Under the pieces are notes generated by a model. It ran no database searches and was not told the DNA's origin. It was given only the letters and a program-made list of their open reading frames with translations. From assembly GCA_011321815.1 (NCBI GenBank), contig DROS01000026.1:54-64053 (forward strand): a stretch of DNA of 64,000 nucleotides, written 5' to 3'. Below are positions 44,615 to 53,167 of this stretch, one piece after another. Every line of letters starts with the position of its first letter. The first letter of the stretch is position 1. Made by a program: the position numbers and the translations under genes. Source of the stretch: Gammaproteobacteria bacterium. GTDB lineage: Bacteria > Pseudomonadota > Gammaproteobacteria > SZUA-152.

Positions 44615-45052
44615 TTAGAGTGTACTCAGTATTGCCCAGGCGAGCACCATTTGGGCACCGAACCCAACCAGGAATGAAATAACCCGCAGTGCCGGGATGG
44701 CCAGGGTGAATGCCACCACATGTACCAGTCGTGCCGTAAAATAGACGGCGCAAGCTTTCAATGTCACCGGCGTGGAAAAATTGACTGCATGCAGAATCAA
44801 CACCAATGGGGCAAATACAGCCAGGTTTTCTGTTGCGTTTTCATGCGCCTTCAGCATGCGTCGCGCCCATGCCGCCCGTGCCTGACTGTGGTCATATTCC
44901 GTGGGATTCCAGATGGCGGCAACGAAGCCCTTTTCCACGATCCAATTGGTGATGTAGGGCAACCAGAGTAGCGCGGTCATGGTGGTGGTGGCGGTCAACC
45001 AGAATAGTTCGCCGGACAGCAAGGTATTTGCAGAGGACAATATTTCGGGCAT
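44615..45052 (-). CDS. MAPEG-family membrane protein
   Basis: AHENATENLAVFAPLVL, ARLVH; CAT at 45050-45052 and TTA at 44615 place it on the minus strand although the track labels it +. Confidence 0.85.
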   Translation of the reverse strand: MPEILSSANTLLSGELFWLTATTTMTALLWLPYITNWIVEKGFVAAIWNPTEYDHSQARAAWARRMLKAHENATENLAVFAPLVLILHAVNFSTPVTLKACAVYFTARLVHVVAFTLAIPALRVISFLVGFGAQMVLAWAILSTL

Positions 45053-45108
45053 GTTTTGCTCCTTGTTTTTGGGGAAATGGAAAAGTGAGAATTTCCGGGA
45101 ATGGTGGT

Positions 45109-45657
45109 TTAATATTTTTCCCAGCTCATTGCGGCAAACTGCCTGTCCAACGGTGTGTGGGCCAGATGATTGGTGTAATTGCTCAGTGTCTTCAACGCCA
45201 CAACAGTCAAGATATCCAGCATGTGCTGTTGTGTGTAACCGGCTATTTGGAATGCCTGTAGGTTTTTCGTTGGTACCCAGCCCCGGTGTTCCAGCACCGC
45301 GAGGGTGTATTGGCGCAAAGCTTCAAGGCGAGCATCAGATAAGGGTTGCTGTTGTCGCAGTTGTTGCAAGGTATCGGCAGGCATTTGCACCATGTTGGCG
45401 ATAACGGAATGTGCAGCAACGCAATAATCGCAGTTATTTTTTATGCTTACGGTCAACGCGACGATTTGCTGCTCTACCGGTGTCAGCGCACAGTGTTTCA
45501 GTGCTTCGTTGATGGCGGCATAAGCAGCGATGGCTGTCGGTGATTCGGCAAATACGCCGTAAAGATTAGGGATGAAGCCAAAGGCTTGTTCTGTTGCCAC
45601 CATGATGGGTAACGATGCGGCAGGTGCAGTGGTTTTGTTATGTATGGTGAAAGACAT
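45109..45657 (-). CDS. AhpD / carboxymuconolactone-decarboxylase-family peroxidase
   Basis: FGFIPNL, NNCDYCVAAH, KTLSNYTNH. Confidence 0.9.
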   Translation of the reverse strand: MSFTIHNKTTAPAASLPIMVATEQAFGFIPNLYGVFAESPTAIAAYAAINEALKHCALTPVEQQIVALTVSIKNNCDYCVAAHSVIANMVQMPADTLQQLRQQQPLSDARLEALRQYTLAVLEHRGWVPTKNLQAFQIAGYTQQHMLDILTVVALKTLSNYTNHLAHTPLDRQFAAMSWEKY

Positions 45658-45731
45658 TTTTTGTCTCCTGTTGATTATTGTTCTGGTCATTAACCCGGCA
45701 ACGCTGATTACTGGGTTAATGACCCACAAGG

Positions 45732-45950
45732 TTATTTTTGGGCCGCCATATCGCGGATTGTCTCAGTGGTGACGGGGACTCCTGCCACCCCCCATTCACC
45801 CGAATTGACATCTTCGATGATCACCCAGGTCACTGGACGCACACCTTCGCCTTCCACGGCGACGATGGCATCCGTTACCCGACGAATAACCTCCTGTTTT
45901 TGCGCAATGGACAGACATCCGCTGATCCCTTTTATTTGTGCTAATGGCAT
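45732..45950 (-). CDS. 4-oxalocrotonate tautomerase family protein
   Basis: N-terminal Pro, QKQEVIRRVTDA, WGVAG. Confidence 0.9.
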   Translation of the reverse strand: MPLAQIKGISGCLSIAQKQEVIRRVTDAIVAVEGEGVRPVTWVIIEDVNSGEWGVAGVPVTTETIRDMAAQK

Positions 45951-46015
45951 GTGTTTCTCCTCTGTTTACGTTAATGGGTACTGCTGTTTGGCGCTGTGAG
46001 TCAGCACTACAATAA

Positions 46016-46029
46016 GGACCAATTGGTCC
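46016..46029. promoter_or_regulatory. TetR (NemR-like) operator 2
   Basis: GGACCAATTGGTCC palindrome upstream of the tautomerase-AhpD-MAPEG genes. Confidence 0.75.
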
Positions 46030-46047
46030 AAAATAAGGTAAAAAAAA

Positions 46048-46635
46048 TCAGTCCAGGGCGCTCAAGGTAATTTTCACAATCTCTTCCAGCGTTTTGCGCG
46101 CCGTTCCTGCCTTGGCCATGGTGCGCAACCCGCCCATGCTGCTAAGCAGATAGCTGGCCAGCGCCTCTGGGTTTTTATCGCCAGGTATTTCACCGTCTGC
46201 CTGCGCCCGTTTGATGGCATGTAAAAACACAGTATGTATTTTTTCTGTTCCTGTACGAACCAGCTTGGCAACGACCGGGTCATCCTGAGCAAATTCGCTG
46301 GCAGTGTTCATGATCAGGCAACCAAACTGACCGTCGCCGTCCTGGCCGTTGTCACTGATAGCGCGAAAGGTGGCATCAATGAATTGCCGGGCGGAAGGGC
46401 TTTTTTGCAAATGGGCCAGCATGCTGTCTTCCAGCGTATTGCGATAATGTTCCATGCAGCGTTGGAAAAGTGCATGTTTGCTGCCGAAGGTCTGGTAAAA
46501 GCTGCTCTTGGAAATTTGCATGGCTTTGAGCAGATCTTGCAGTGAGGTAGCTGTGTAGCCTTGTTGCCAAAACTGGTGCATAGCCGCCGCCAGCGCCTGG
46601 TTGGTATCAAATTCTCTGGGGCGTCCCGTCGTCAT
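46048..46635 (-). CDS. TetR/AcrR regulator, NemR/ComR-like
   Basis: GRPREFD, GYTATSLQDL, SFYQTFGSK, GCLIMN. Confidence 0.92.
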   Translation of the reverse strand: MTTGRPREFDTNQALAAAMHQFWQQGYTATSLQDLLKAMQISKSSFYQTFGSKHALFQRCMEHYRNTLEDSMLAHLQKSPSARQFIDATFRAISDNGQDGDGQFGCLIMNTASEFAQDDPVVAKLVRTGTEKIHTVFLHAIKRAQADGEIPGDKNPEALASYLLSSMGGLRTMAKAGTARKTLEEIVKITLSALD

Positions 46636-46642
46636 GAAAAAT

Positions 46643-46671
46643 ACAATAGGACCGATTGGTCCTATTGTCAA
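46643..46671 (-). promoter_or_regulatory. Sigma70 promoter with embedded TetR operator; likely leaderless transcript
   Basis: Minus strand TTGACA-17-TATTGT-7-ATG; palindrome ACAATAGGACC-N4-GGTCCTATTGT. Confidence 0.8.
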
Positions 46672-46719
46672 CGGTGATTCGATGGGATGGGGATTTCACG
46701 GGTTAATGTGTTCACTTGC

Positions 46720-47394
46720 TTATATTTCACTCCACCTGCGCAGCAGATTGGCGTAGGCGCGGTTGACCTGTTGACTGGTGAGGTCGGCAGCGTTTTGTCG
46801 GAGCAGTGCGTTTCGCGCCTGATCCAGTTCGTACAATAATTCACGTTTGGCGGAGTCACGCACCATGCTCTGAATCCAGGTTACGGCGACGAGGCGTTCG
46901 CCGCCTGTCACTTCTTTTACCCGATGCAAGCTGTTGGCAGGGTAAAGCACAGCATCACCGGCAGCATATTTCACTTGTTGCTCACCAAAGGGGGAGTGAA
47001 TCACCAGCTCGCCGCCATCGTAATCCTCCGGAGGGTTGAGGAATACCGTGACAGCGACATCGGTACGAAATTTTTCCAGACCGTTGCCCATAACAGGGTC
47101 GTCAGTATGATCGCCATAACGCATGCCCGTGCGGTAACGGGCAAACACGGGCTGAGCGACACGAAAAGGCAATGCGGCACTACGAAAATCAGCATTTTCC
47201 GCCAAACTGCCCATGACCAGTTGGTCAAGATATTGCGCCTGTTGTGTGTCTTGGCGCATCTCCAGGTTGTTTTTGACCTGTTTGGCGGCTGTGCCTGCGC
47301 TGTGTTTACCATCAATAAACGGCGCCTTATTGAGCATTTCACGAATATTATGCTGTTTGGCTGTGTCGAGGATATTTTTGAGATGTAATAGCAT
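46720..47394 (-). CDS. PKHD-type Fe(II)/2-oxoglutarate dioxygenase (YbiX/PiuC-like)
   Basis: FIDGKHSAG, HxD (YGDHTD), YDGGEL, SLHRV, RLVAVTW. Confidence 0.9.
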   Translation of the reverse strand: MLLHLKNILDTAKQHNIREMLNKAPFIDGKHSAGTAAKQVKNNLEMRQDTQQAQYLDQLVMGSLAENADFRSAALPFRVAQPVFARYRTGMRYGDHTDDPVMGNGLEKFRTDVAVTVFLNPPEDYDGGELVIHSPFGEQQVKYAAGDAVLYPANSLHRVKEVTGGERLVAVTWIQSMVRDSAKRELLYELDQARNALLRQNAADLTSQQVNRAYANLLRRWSEI

Positions 47395-47654
47395 GTGAGT
47401 TTTTAACTCATTGATTAAAAAGGTATTGTTTGCGTGGCCTATGCAAGCTTTGTTTTGTGTCTAGACTGTTGGTACCCCTCCGGTGCGGTACTGCGTACGG
47501 TGCGCTGGCCTGGATGGGAAAAATGGGGCTTTGCAGGGTGCGCAGGCTATCCTGCTGCGCACAAAACCAATTGCAATACACGTTTGTTAGCGTATTATAA
47601 GCATAGACTAATCTTCTGTAATACTGAAATTGATCAGCGGGGAGAAAAGATAGA

Positions 47655-47852
47655 ATGAACGAAGACTATTACGCCGCCATTGATAAAATGGAAAAAGCCA
47701 ACGTTTCCCGTGAATATATTGTCGGTTGGGCCAGTGGTTTTTTACAAAATCCCAAGCTGGAAGAACAGCGCGTGAATGATGCCTATGAAGCGGGTTATGC
47801 GGATGGTGAGGACAAAAACGACAGCAATTTCTCTGCGTGGGAAGGCAAATAA
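47655..47852 (+). CDS. Alvin_2107-like small protein (sulfur-globule oxidation associated)
   Basis: EYIVGWASGFLQNPKLEEQRVNDAYEAGYADG resembles the family as recalled; not searched. Confidence 0.65.
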   Translation: MNEDYYAAIDKMEKANVSREYIVGWASGFLQNPKLEEQRVNDAYEAGYADGEDKNDSNFSAWEGK

Positions 47853-47924
47853 CGCAGCCAGGTAAAGTGCGCAGGCACAAAAAGCGGGCTGCTTGTGTAA
47901 AAGGCAGTCTGTTTTTTGTGCCTG

Positions 47925-48353
47925 CTAACGGTTTTTGTCAGCCAGGTTATACCAGCGGCGCGCTTCGACTTCGTTTTTTTCCACGCCCTGACCATTTTCG
48001 TACATCATGCCGAGAGTCATTTGTGCCCCAGGCAGACCCTGCTCGGCGGCGCGGCGGAACCACTCCAGTGCGGTGGTTTCATTTTTTTCCACACCTTCGC
48101 CGTAGAGATACATTACCCCCAACCCGTGTTGCGCATAGGCGTGTTGCTGGTCTGCGGCGGCGCGCATCCATTGAGCACCCAACGCAGTATTTTTTACGCG
48201 CCCCAGACCGTTTTGGAACATCATGCCCATACGGTATTGTGCTTCGGCGATACCCTCATCGGCCAGCGGTGAAAGCAAGCGCAGGGCGCTGGTAAAATCT
48301 TTGGCCTCGAATGCTGCGATGCCGCTTTGCAAATCAAAATCGGTGTCATTCAT
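47925..48353 (-). CDS. Sel1-repeat protein
   Basis: Three SLR repeats (AQYRMGMMF, AQHGLGVMY, AQMTLGMMY). Confidence 0.88.
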   Translation of the reverse strand: MNDTDFDLQSGIAAFEAKDFTSALRLLSPLADEGIAEAQYRMGMMFQNGLGRVKNTALGAQWMRAAADQQHAYAQHGLGVMYLYGEGVEKNETTALEWFRRAAEQGLPGAQMTLGMMYENGQGVEKNEVEARRWYNLADKNR

Positions 48354-48395
48354 GAGCGCGCCCCGGGATGGCCAAAGTGTTGATAGTGTTTCAGC

Positions 48396-48545
48396 AAAAA
48401 CCCTAGGGGGGTAACAATCATCCCCTAGGGATGAGACAGCTTTTTGCGCAGACTTCGGCGAGGTGTTTTCAAGTCGGGCACTGACCATCCTGACCACAGT
48501 CTAACGAGTCCGTGGGATACTGAAAACCACCCAAATAAGGTATTT
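48396..48545 (-). ncRNA. Candidate structured sRNA or leader RNA ending in a terminator
   Basis: Promoter TTTACG-17-TATTGT (48579-48551); multi-stem fold; CCCTAGGGG/CCCCTAGGG hairpin followed by U5. Confidence 0.4.
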
Positions 48546-48668
48546 GCCATACAATAAAAATACTGTATGGCAGCGTAAATGCAGTGCTGTCAGGCTTAAG
48601 GGGCTGTTATTCAGAATACGAGGCCAGCATCATACTGCGCACACGACGTTTTTACGGGAGAAATATAT

Positions 48669-49253
48669 ATGGCTGTTCGTATTAGAACCCGCTGGCACCG
48701 TTCGCAACGCTCTGAGCGAAACCGTGAAGGCTCGCAGCGCGCCAAAACACAGGAGAACCTGTGCAGTGTGGCGGCTATTAATATCTGGAAGCTGGCAAAA
48801 GAGGCTTTCACGCACATGGAAAAGGAAAATTTTCGTTTTCGAGAGGATACCCAGGCCATTGACGTGATTGCCGAATTTTGTATTTTTTTGTTGCACATCG
48901 CGGACAGAATGATTTACGGCAAGTTGAGTGAAGAGGCGCGTGAATCACTGGTTAACGGTATCGCAAAAGAAATTGCAGCCACGATTGAGGGTAACCAGAT
49001 TGACCTGTTGGGGCCGGGTGACTATAAAGCACTGTTTATCGACAGGCTCAACGAACGACTGGCCAATTATGCCGAGTGTGGTTTTGATGAAAACGGTCCA
49101 GCCTACGATTTTTTACGTTATCTGGCCCAAAATATCGCGGATATTATGTCGCTCAGTGATGATAAGTGGGTGCTGGAACAGGTGATGGATATTGAAGCAC
49201 CGGAGCTGGTGCAGCGTTTTCAGCCGGTGGTGCGTGATGTATTTGCTTTATAG
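48669..49253 (+). CDS. Conserved hypothetical protein
   Basis: GGAG RBS; 194-aa globular ORF with host-like codon usage. Confidence 0.8.
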   Translation: MAVRIRTRWHRSQRSERNREGSQRAKTQENLCSVAAINIWKLAKEAFTHMEKENFRFREDTQAIDVIAEFCIFLLHIADRMIYGKLSEEARESLVNGIAKEIAATIEGNQIDLLGPGDYKALFIDRLNERLANYAECGFDENGPAYDFLRYLAQNIADIMSLSDDKWVLEQVMDIEAPELVQRFQPVVRDVFAL

Positions 49254-49269
49254 GACGGGTGACTTTGTT

Positions 49270-49449
49270 TTACACCATTTGAATTAAAAACATCACAAAC
49301 AATCCCACCACCAGTAAAATCAACAGGTAGTTAAGCCATTCTTTGTTGCTGCCCTTGCGTCCGTGTTTTACCGCCTGGCGCATACTGGGGAATAAATACA
49401 CCAACATCATGATCAGGAAAATTGCGGAACCTATTTTTAGCCAATCCAT
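49270..49449 (-). CDS. Small 2-TM protein (59 aa, absent from ORF track)
   Basis: GGGAG RBS; MDWLKIGSAIFLIMMLVYLFPSMRQAVKHGRKGSNKEWLNYLLILLVVGLFVMFLIQMV*. Confidence 0.7.
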   Translation of the reverse strand: MDWLKIGSAIFLIMMLVYLFPSMRQAVKHGRKGSNKEWLNYLLILLVVGLFVMFLIQMV

Positions 49450-49547
49450 TTTTTATCTCCCGGGTTGTGTATAAAAGCCGTTGCAGAAAAAGGTAGTCAA
49501 AAAAAAGCCCCGTGGGCCGGGGCTTTCAGGGTGAGCGCTACACCGGT

Positions 49548-50213
49548 TTAGTCGTCGCCACTGAATGCGCCGAGCAATTGCAATAACGCGGTAAACAGGT
49601 TAAGGACCGATAAAAACAGGCCGGCGGTAGCCATGATGTAATTGGTTTCACCACCGTGAATCAGCGATGAGGTCTGAAACAGGATGAAGCCGCTCATGAT
49701 CATGATTACCGCGACATTCACCGCCAGAAACAGGGCGGGGATAGCAAAGAAAATATTCAGCAGTGCCGCACCGATCACGACAAACAGGCCCACCATCAGG
49801 AAACCGGCGAGGAAGCTGAAATCCTTGCGAGAGGTCAGGGCATAGGCTGACAGACCCAGAAAAATGGCCCCGGTACCACCTAATGCCGTCATTACAATAC
49901 TGGGGTTAACCGAAAGGTAGTAACTCAGGATCGGACCCAGGCCCAGGCCCAGCAGGCCAGTGAAGCCAAAGATGACAGGAATACCCATCGCTGAGTTTGC
50001 CGTGCGGGGCAGTACAAACCACAGCAGGGCAATGGCAGCGATATCCGCCACCAGGGCCATCCCCTGGGAGATATGCATAAACACACCCACCGCAGCGGCC
50101 AGCGCGCTGAATAATAGCGTCATGGACAGCAACATGTAGGTATTGCGAATCAGCTTGTTCGTTGCTAACGCCGAGGATGAGGCGTGGCCAGCAACAGAAT
50201 AATTAGGGTTCAT
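49548..50213 (-). CDS. yccA: Bax inhibitor-1 / YccA membrane protein
   Basis: NKLIRNTYMLLSMTL, RKDFSFL, GGETNYIMAT; adjacent to tRNA-Ser. Confidence 0.93.
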   Translation of the reverse strand: MNPNYSVAGHASSSALATNKLIRNTYMLLSMTLLFSALAAAVGVFMHISQGMALVADIAAIALLWFVLPRTANSAMGIPVIFGFTGLLGLGLGPILSYYLSVNPSIVMTALGGTGAIFLGLSAYALTSRKDFSFLAGFLMVGLFVVIGAALLNIFFAIPALFLAVNVAVIMIMSGFILFQTSSLIHGGETNYIMATAGLFLSVLNLFTALLQLLGAFSGDD

Positions 50214-50463
50214 CAGGATTAAACCTCCATGGTTTGTCAGTGTTTTAAAACGTAAAATCTCGAACTCTTAGACCTGCATGGGAGTATAAGTTCCGCCTAT
50301 GCAGGGGTCAATGCAGCTCTCACTGGCAATGCCCTCGCTGATTCAGTATCATTGCCCGCCTTGTCTGAAGTGGGGGTAGATGAGCCCATCTTCAAGGATA
50401 AAAATCCCCTTTTTGTAATGGCGCTATTTGTGCTGTCACACGGTGGGCGTGCAGGCAAGTAAC

Positions 50464-50551
50464 GGAGAGCTGGCTGAGTGGTCGAAAGCGGCGGTCTTGA
50501 AAACCGTTGACGGGAAACCGTCCGGGGGTTCGAATCCCTCGCTCTCCGCCA
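50464..50551 (+). tRNA. tRNA-Ser(TGA)
   Basis: GGAGAGCTGGCTGAGTGGTCGAAAGCGGCGGTCTTGAAAACCG...GGTTCGAATCCCTCGCTCTCCGCCA; long variable arm. Confidence 0.97.
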
Positions 50552-50599
50552 TAGGCGTTCGGAATTTTGTGATAAAAACGCAGAATTTCGACAACAAAC

Positions 50600-50638
50600 A
50601 AAATAGGATAGCGGGAAAACCCGCTATCCTATTTTTTT
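50600..50638. terminator. Bidirectional terminator inside the element
   Basis: AAAATAGGATAGCGGG-AAAA-CCCGCTATCCTATTTT. Confidence 0.85.
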
Positions 50639-50674
50639 GCACGGAATAATAGGAAGTTAAGGTGTCACTCCCCA

Positions 50675-50974
50675 TTACATATCGATATACGAAATGATGT
50701 CCATGCTTTGGTGGGGTAACCCGATGATCTCGATTCCCTCTTCACCAAGAAGATAGAACACAATGTGCTGCCCTTCAGGGAAACTAAAATAGCCGGGCTT
50801 AACATCATCACGGGTTTTACCCGCGCGGGGGTTATTCGCAAGCCAACTAAAGCGATCGATAAGGGCACGTGTATAGTGGTCTGCCTGGTCAACGCCCCAT
50901 TGCTCGAAGGTATATAACCAAATGGCTTCCAGCTCAGCGATAACACTCTGCCTAACCGTATAGGCTGGTTTCAT
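50675..50974 (-). CDS. parE: ParE-family toxin
   Basis: [42 protein letters not shown]. Confidence 0.9.
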   Translation of the reverse strand: MKPAYTVRQSVIAELEAIWLYTFEQWGVDQADHYTRALIDRFSWLANNPRAGKTRDDVKPGYFSFPEGQHIVFYLLGEEGIEIIGLPHQSMDIISYIDM

Positions 50975-51216
50975 TTCAGGTGCTGCTTGTGCATATTCTG
51001 AAGAAATGTCTCGCCATCAAAGTCGCTGGCCACGGGACTATTTTCACCAGCCTGTAGCTTGGCTCTCAACACCTCCAACTTTGCTTCGTTCTCTTCCAGG
51101 CTGCGCAGACCTGCTCGAACGACTTCGCTGATGGACTGAAAGCGTCCCTGGCGAATTTTTTCGGTGACGAATTCGTCAAAATGTTCACCCAGGGTGACAG
51201 AGGTATTTCTCGGCAT
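50971..51216 (-). CDS. parD: ParD-family (CC2985-like RHH) antitoxin
   Basis: NTSVTLGEHFDEFV...GRFQSISEVVRAGLRSLE; ATGA overlap with the toxin. Confidence 0.92.
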   Translation of the reverse strand: MPRNTSVTLGEHFDEFVTEKIRQGRFQSISEVVRAGLRSLEENEAKLEVLRAKLQAGENSPVASDFDGETFLQNMHKQHLK

Positions 51217-51505
51217 GGAAAGGCTCCCGTAATTGATGTATTAAATATTAATACATCCTGCGGCGCTGTCAACAACACTAGGATATGAGCCATATATAAC
51301 GAATAAATCACCAATCAAAGATTGTCTTAACCTATTGATATTTAACTGCTATTGAGAAGCCATATCACAAATTTCCGAACGGCTAGCTCTCCGCCATATT
51401 TTTCAAGGTTTGACCCCTTTGTTTTTCCGCCATACGCAAAAAGAGGCCCCATTTGGAGCCTCTTTTCATTTGTCATATTGCAGCCGCAAATCGTGTATTG
51501 AATGT

Positions 51506-52483
51506 TTATCGCTGTAACTTGATTTTTCGCAGCTTGTTTTTGGTGCAGGTCAGGGAACGGTCGTTTTCAAATTGGCAGGCCAATTTATGGTCAGCATCCT
51601 GCCAGCCGAGGGTAACGGGCACTTTGCGACCGGATTCAGCGAACTCGGGATCAGTGATCGTGATTTTGACGACGTTATTGCGATAAGAAATTTTGAATGC
51701 CCCGTCGTCTTTAAAGTCAGACAAGACAGCCTTGGTGGTGTAGCTGACATCGGCCATACCAATGCTGCGGGAGATGTTTGCAGACAGACATTCCACGCGG
51801 TCCGTTTTGTCTTTGCACTGGGTAAGCGAAGACGGGAGGTATTCGACGGGTTTATTACGTCTTTTCCAGCCGCCAGCCAGTACTTTTTCTTTGGTGGATT
51901 TGATTTTTGGTGCAGGTTTCGGTTTTGGTGCGGGCTTTGGTTTAGCCGCTTTTATTGCGGCAGCGCGGCGTTCCTGTCCCGCAGATTTTTGTGCTTTGAC
52001 GACCCGCTTGATGCCTTCGGATGCGCTGCCGTAACCGCCAGCCAGTGCCCGTTTGTACCAGTTGAGGGCTTCGTCGTAATTTTTTGCTACGCCCTGGCCA
52101 TTTTCATACAGGATGCCTAGGTAGTATTCAGCGCGCACATATTTTTTACTGGCGGATTTTCTGAGCCAGTCGTGTGCTTTCCTGTAATTTTTGCTAACAC
52201 CTTTTCCGTCCAGGTAGGCCCGGCCGACTTTGTAGGCTGCCTTTTTGTCATTTTGTTTCGCCGCCTTGCTGTACCATTCAAAGGCCTTTTTGGTGTCTTT
52301 AGCAGTACCTTTGCCTTTTTCAAACATTTCGCCGATGGCATATTGTGATTTTCTGTCACCTTGCTCTGCTTTGGACAGGGCTTTTTTAAATTTTTCTTCC
52401 CAGATGTAATCGTCAACAGCAAGGGCTTGTGAGAAAAGGCTGGTGGTGACAATTAGTAGTATGATTCCAAAAAAATTTTTCAT
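51506..52483 (-). CDS. Exported Sel1-repeat protein with Pro/Lys linker and Cys-containing C-terminal domain
   Basis: Signal peptide, three SLR repeats, KPKPAPKPKPAP linker. Confidence 0.85.
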   Translation of the reverse strand: MKNFFGIILLIVTTSLFSQALAVDDYIWEEKFKKALSKAEQGDRKSQYAIGEMFEKGKGTAKDTKKAFEWYSKAAKQNDKKAAYKVGRAYLDGKGVSKNYRKAHDWLRKSASKKYVRAEYYLGILYENGQGVAKNYDEALNWYKRALAGGYGSASEGIKRVVKAQKSAGQERRAAAIKAAKPKPAPKPKPAPKIKSTKEKVLAGGWKRRNKPVEYLPSSLTQCKDKTDRVECLSANISRSIGMADVSYTTKAVLSDFKDDGAFKISYRNNVVKITITDPEFAESGRKVPVTLGWQDADHKLACQFENDRSLTCTKNKLRKIKLQR

Positions 52484-52540
52484 AAAGCATTCTCTTGGCT
52501 ATAGCCGACGCTGAATAAGGTGTGTGTATTTACCTTTACG

Positions 52541-52568
52541 GTATCGGCAGCGGGGGGAAGGGACTTTA
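52541..52568 (-). promoter_or_regulatory. Probable sigma28 promoter
   Basis: Minus strand TAAAG...GCCGATAC (TAAA-N16-GCCGATAC), 58 bp before the ATG at 52483. Confidence 0.55.
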
Positions 52569-52675
52569 ACAACGAAAGGTGCTTTTACTTATGTTACCGG
52601 GTGTTAGCGAATTTGTTTCAATGATAGCTTAAAAAATAACCAATAAACACCAGGAGAGTGATGAACCGGTATGGA

Positions 52676-53131
52676 TTAGCTGTCGAGGGGCTCTGTTGCT
52701 GTGTGAAAGACACAGCCCATACGCAGGCAGTGATCCAGCCATTCACCTAAAAACTGATTGATTTGCCATTTTTCGTTGCATTGGAACATATCGCGGTTCG
52801 GGTAACTGTAGCGTGCGTTGAGGCGGTGTTTGTGTTGAAAGGCCAGCACTTCAGTGACGCCGGCATCGTAATAGTTGCGGATTTTCATGTGCAGGCCGGG
52901 TAGCCAGGGTTGCCCGGTGGCGTGCTCCAGGTGCAGTGAAAAAGTTTTGGTGTATTTACTGGTTTCCAGAATGCGCAGGGACAGCTGCATTCCATTGGTG
53001 TCTTGTGCGGTGGTGGTTGTTTCCAATGTGAGCAGGGCGGGGACCACGCGTGCGAGTTTTCTGAAGTTTGCTTCGTGCAGGGCAGTGGCATTATGTCGCT
53101 TGCGTTTGGCGATGAGAAAAGGGTGCACCAT
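52676..53131 (-). CDS. DUF1249 (YqiB-like) protein
   Basis: LHEANF, SKYT, YYDAGVTEV, EKWQINQFLGEWLDHCL. Confidence 0.85.
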   Translation of the reverse strand: MVHPFLIAKRKRHNATALHEANFRKLARVVPALLTLETTTTAQDTNGMQLSLRILETSKYTKTFSLHLEHATGQPWLPGLHMKIRNYYDAGVTEVLAFQHKHRLNARYSYPNRDMFQCNEKWQINQFLGEWLDHCLRMGCVFHTATEPLDS

Positions 53132-53167
53132 AAAAATGTATTTTGAACCTGAGTTTTGAGTCAGTGA

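Larger units (their letters stand above)
50552..51385. mobile_element. 834-bp non-autonomous element with TIRs carrying ParDE
   Basis: TIRs 50552-50574 and 51363-51385 (21/23 match); flanking direct repeat GCTCTCCGCCA at 50541-50551 and 51386-51396; no transposase or integrase. Confidence 0.85.

Noticed and set aside
44615-45052. ORF-track '+' strand label for the MAPEG protein (likewise for 18169..18531)
   Set aside because: The listed translations read from the minus strand; MAPEG is annotated as minus and the other is a shadow ORF opposite rpmA
48500-48527. Hammerhead ribozyme look-alike CTAACGAGTCCGTGGGATACTGAAAAC
   Set aside because: The core CUGA is CUAA, GAAA is displaced by 3 nt, and the pairing pattern favours the opposite strand
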